The position numbers and the translations under genes were made by a program. From assembly GCA_001600695.1 (NCBI GenBank), contig BCKQ01000020.1:13608-21637 (forward strand): a stretch of DNA of 8,030 bases, given 5' to 3'. The notes beneath the pieces were generated by a model. The model was not told where the DNA came from. It saw nothing but the letters and a program-made list of their open reading frames with translations, and searched no databases. This DNA is from Ascoidea asiatica JCM 7603 (taxonomy: Eukaryota > Fungi > Ascomycota). Of the stretch, positions 7,803-8,030 are shown in pieces (positions within the stretch are counted from its first letter, which is position 1; each line of letters begins with the position of its first letter).

Positions 7803-8030
7803 GAAATTTTGTTTCCCATTGAATTTGATGAGGAAATTCATTTTTTGAATTTGAGAAATAATTGTTGATCTCAAGAAAGTATTAGAAAAAGAATTTAAAG
7901 GAACAGGTTCATAAGCATTTCCAAATCTTGTAATATAATCAACAACTTGTTCATTTTCAGAGGGTTTAATTTCTTTGAATTGTTGAATTAAAGCTCTATA
8001 ATTTTGATCTGTGTCTATACCTCCGAGAAT
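7803..8030 (-). pseudogene. gag: Gag capsid-region fragment (5'-truncated by the window)
   Basis: The frame starting at 8030 reads ILGGIDTDQNYRALIQQFKEIKPSENEQVVDYITRFGNAYE; IKPSENEQVVDYITRF (7923-7970) resembles the retrotransposon Gag major-homology-like motif Q-x2-3-E-x-V-x2-Y-x2-RF. A -1 shift between about 7880 and 7800 is needed to reach the zinc-knuckle frame. Confidence 0.75.

Larger units (their letters stand above)
4157..8030 (-). mobile_element. Degenerate Ty3/Gypsy (Metaviridae) LTR retrotransposon, gag-pol internal region; 5' end lies beyond the window
   Basis: Minus-strand domain order gag-PR-RT-RNase H-IN, with integrase after RNase H (Gypsy rather than Copia). Motifs: CDFCNLAGHFRNTC, LFDTGA, LPPER..KHTIE, RVCVDYRKLN, MPFGL, YVDD, TDAS...ERELLAVV...DH, PGKQN..PDLLSR, H-X4-H...CPHC, HPQTNG, KLEPYYDGPH. 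Stops at 6937, 6602, 6523, 6408, 5643, 4947, 4923, 4720, 4412, 4397; frameshifts near 7800-7880, 6900, 6560, 6520, 4865, 4537. Confidence 0.97.

Noticed and set aside
4157-8030. Alternative genetic code (TAA/TAG=Gln or TGA=Trp) explaining the in-frame stops
   Set aside because: All three stop types occur, some at positions expected to be Leu or other residues. Long ORFs use standard CAR for Gln and TGG for Trp, and frameshifts are also present, so decay is the simpler explanation.
1-8030. CRISPR array, tRNA/rRNA genes, or a bacterial retron or RT-defence system
   Set aside because: No regularly spaced repeats or RNA-gene signatures seen; the RT is an LTR-retrotransposon type embedded in gag-PR-RT-RH-IN.

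Overview
AT-rich (roughly 70% AT), eukaryote-like DNA; the host is probably a fungus or protist but cannot be determined from this window. The right half (4157-8030, minus strand) is a decayed Ty3/Gypsy LTR retrotransposon truncated by the window edge. Its order is gag (MHR-like motif, CCHC knuckle), aspartic protease, reverse transcriptase, RNase H, integrase (HHCC, core, GPY/F-like motif, no chromodomain), and hand translation shows about 10 premature stops and about 6 frameshifts. All three integrase catalytic residues are substituted, while the protease, RT and RNase H motifs are intact. A possible 3' LTR with TATA and AATAAA lies at about 3644-4110, with unproven ends. The left half holds unrecognised, apparently broken reading frames: a frameshifted plus-strand gene (3-921), a disrupted multi-TM membrane-protein gene (minus, 1091-1973) followed by ATTAAA and A14, and a stop-interrupted ORF (minus, 2723-3061). 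I cannot demonstrate a novel functional system; the findings are leads only.
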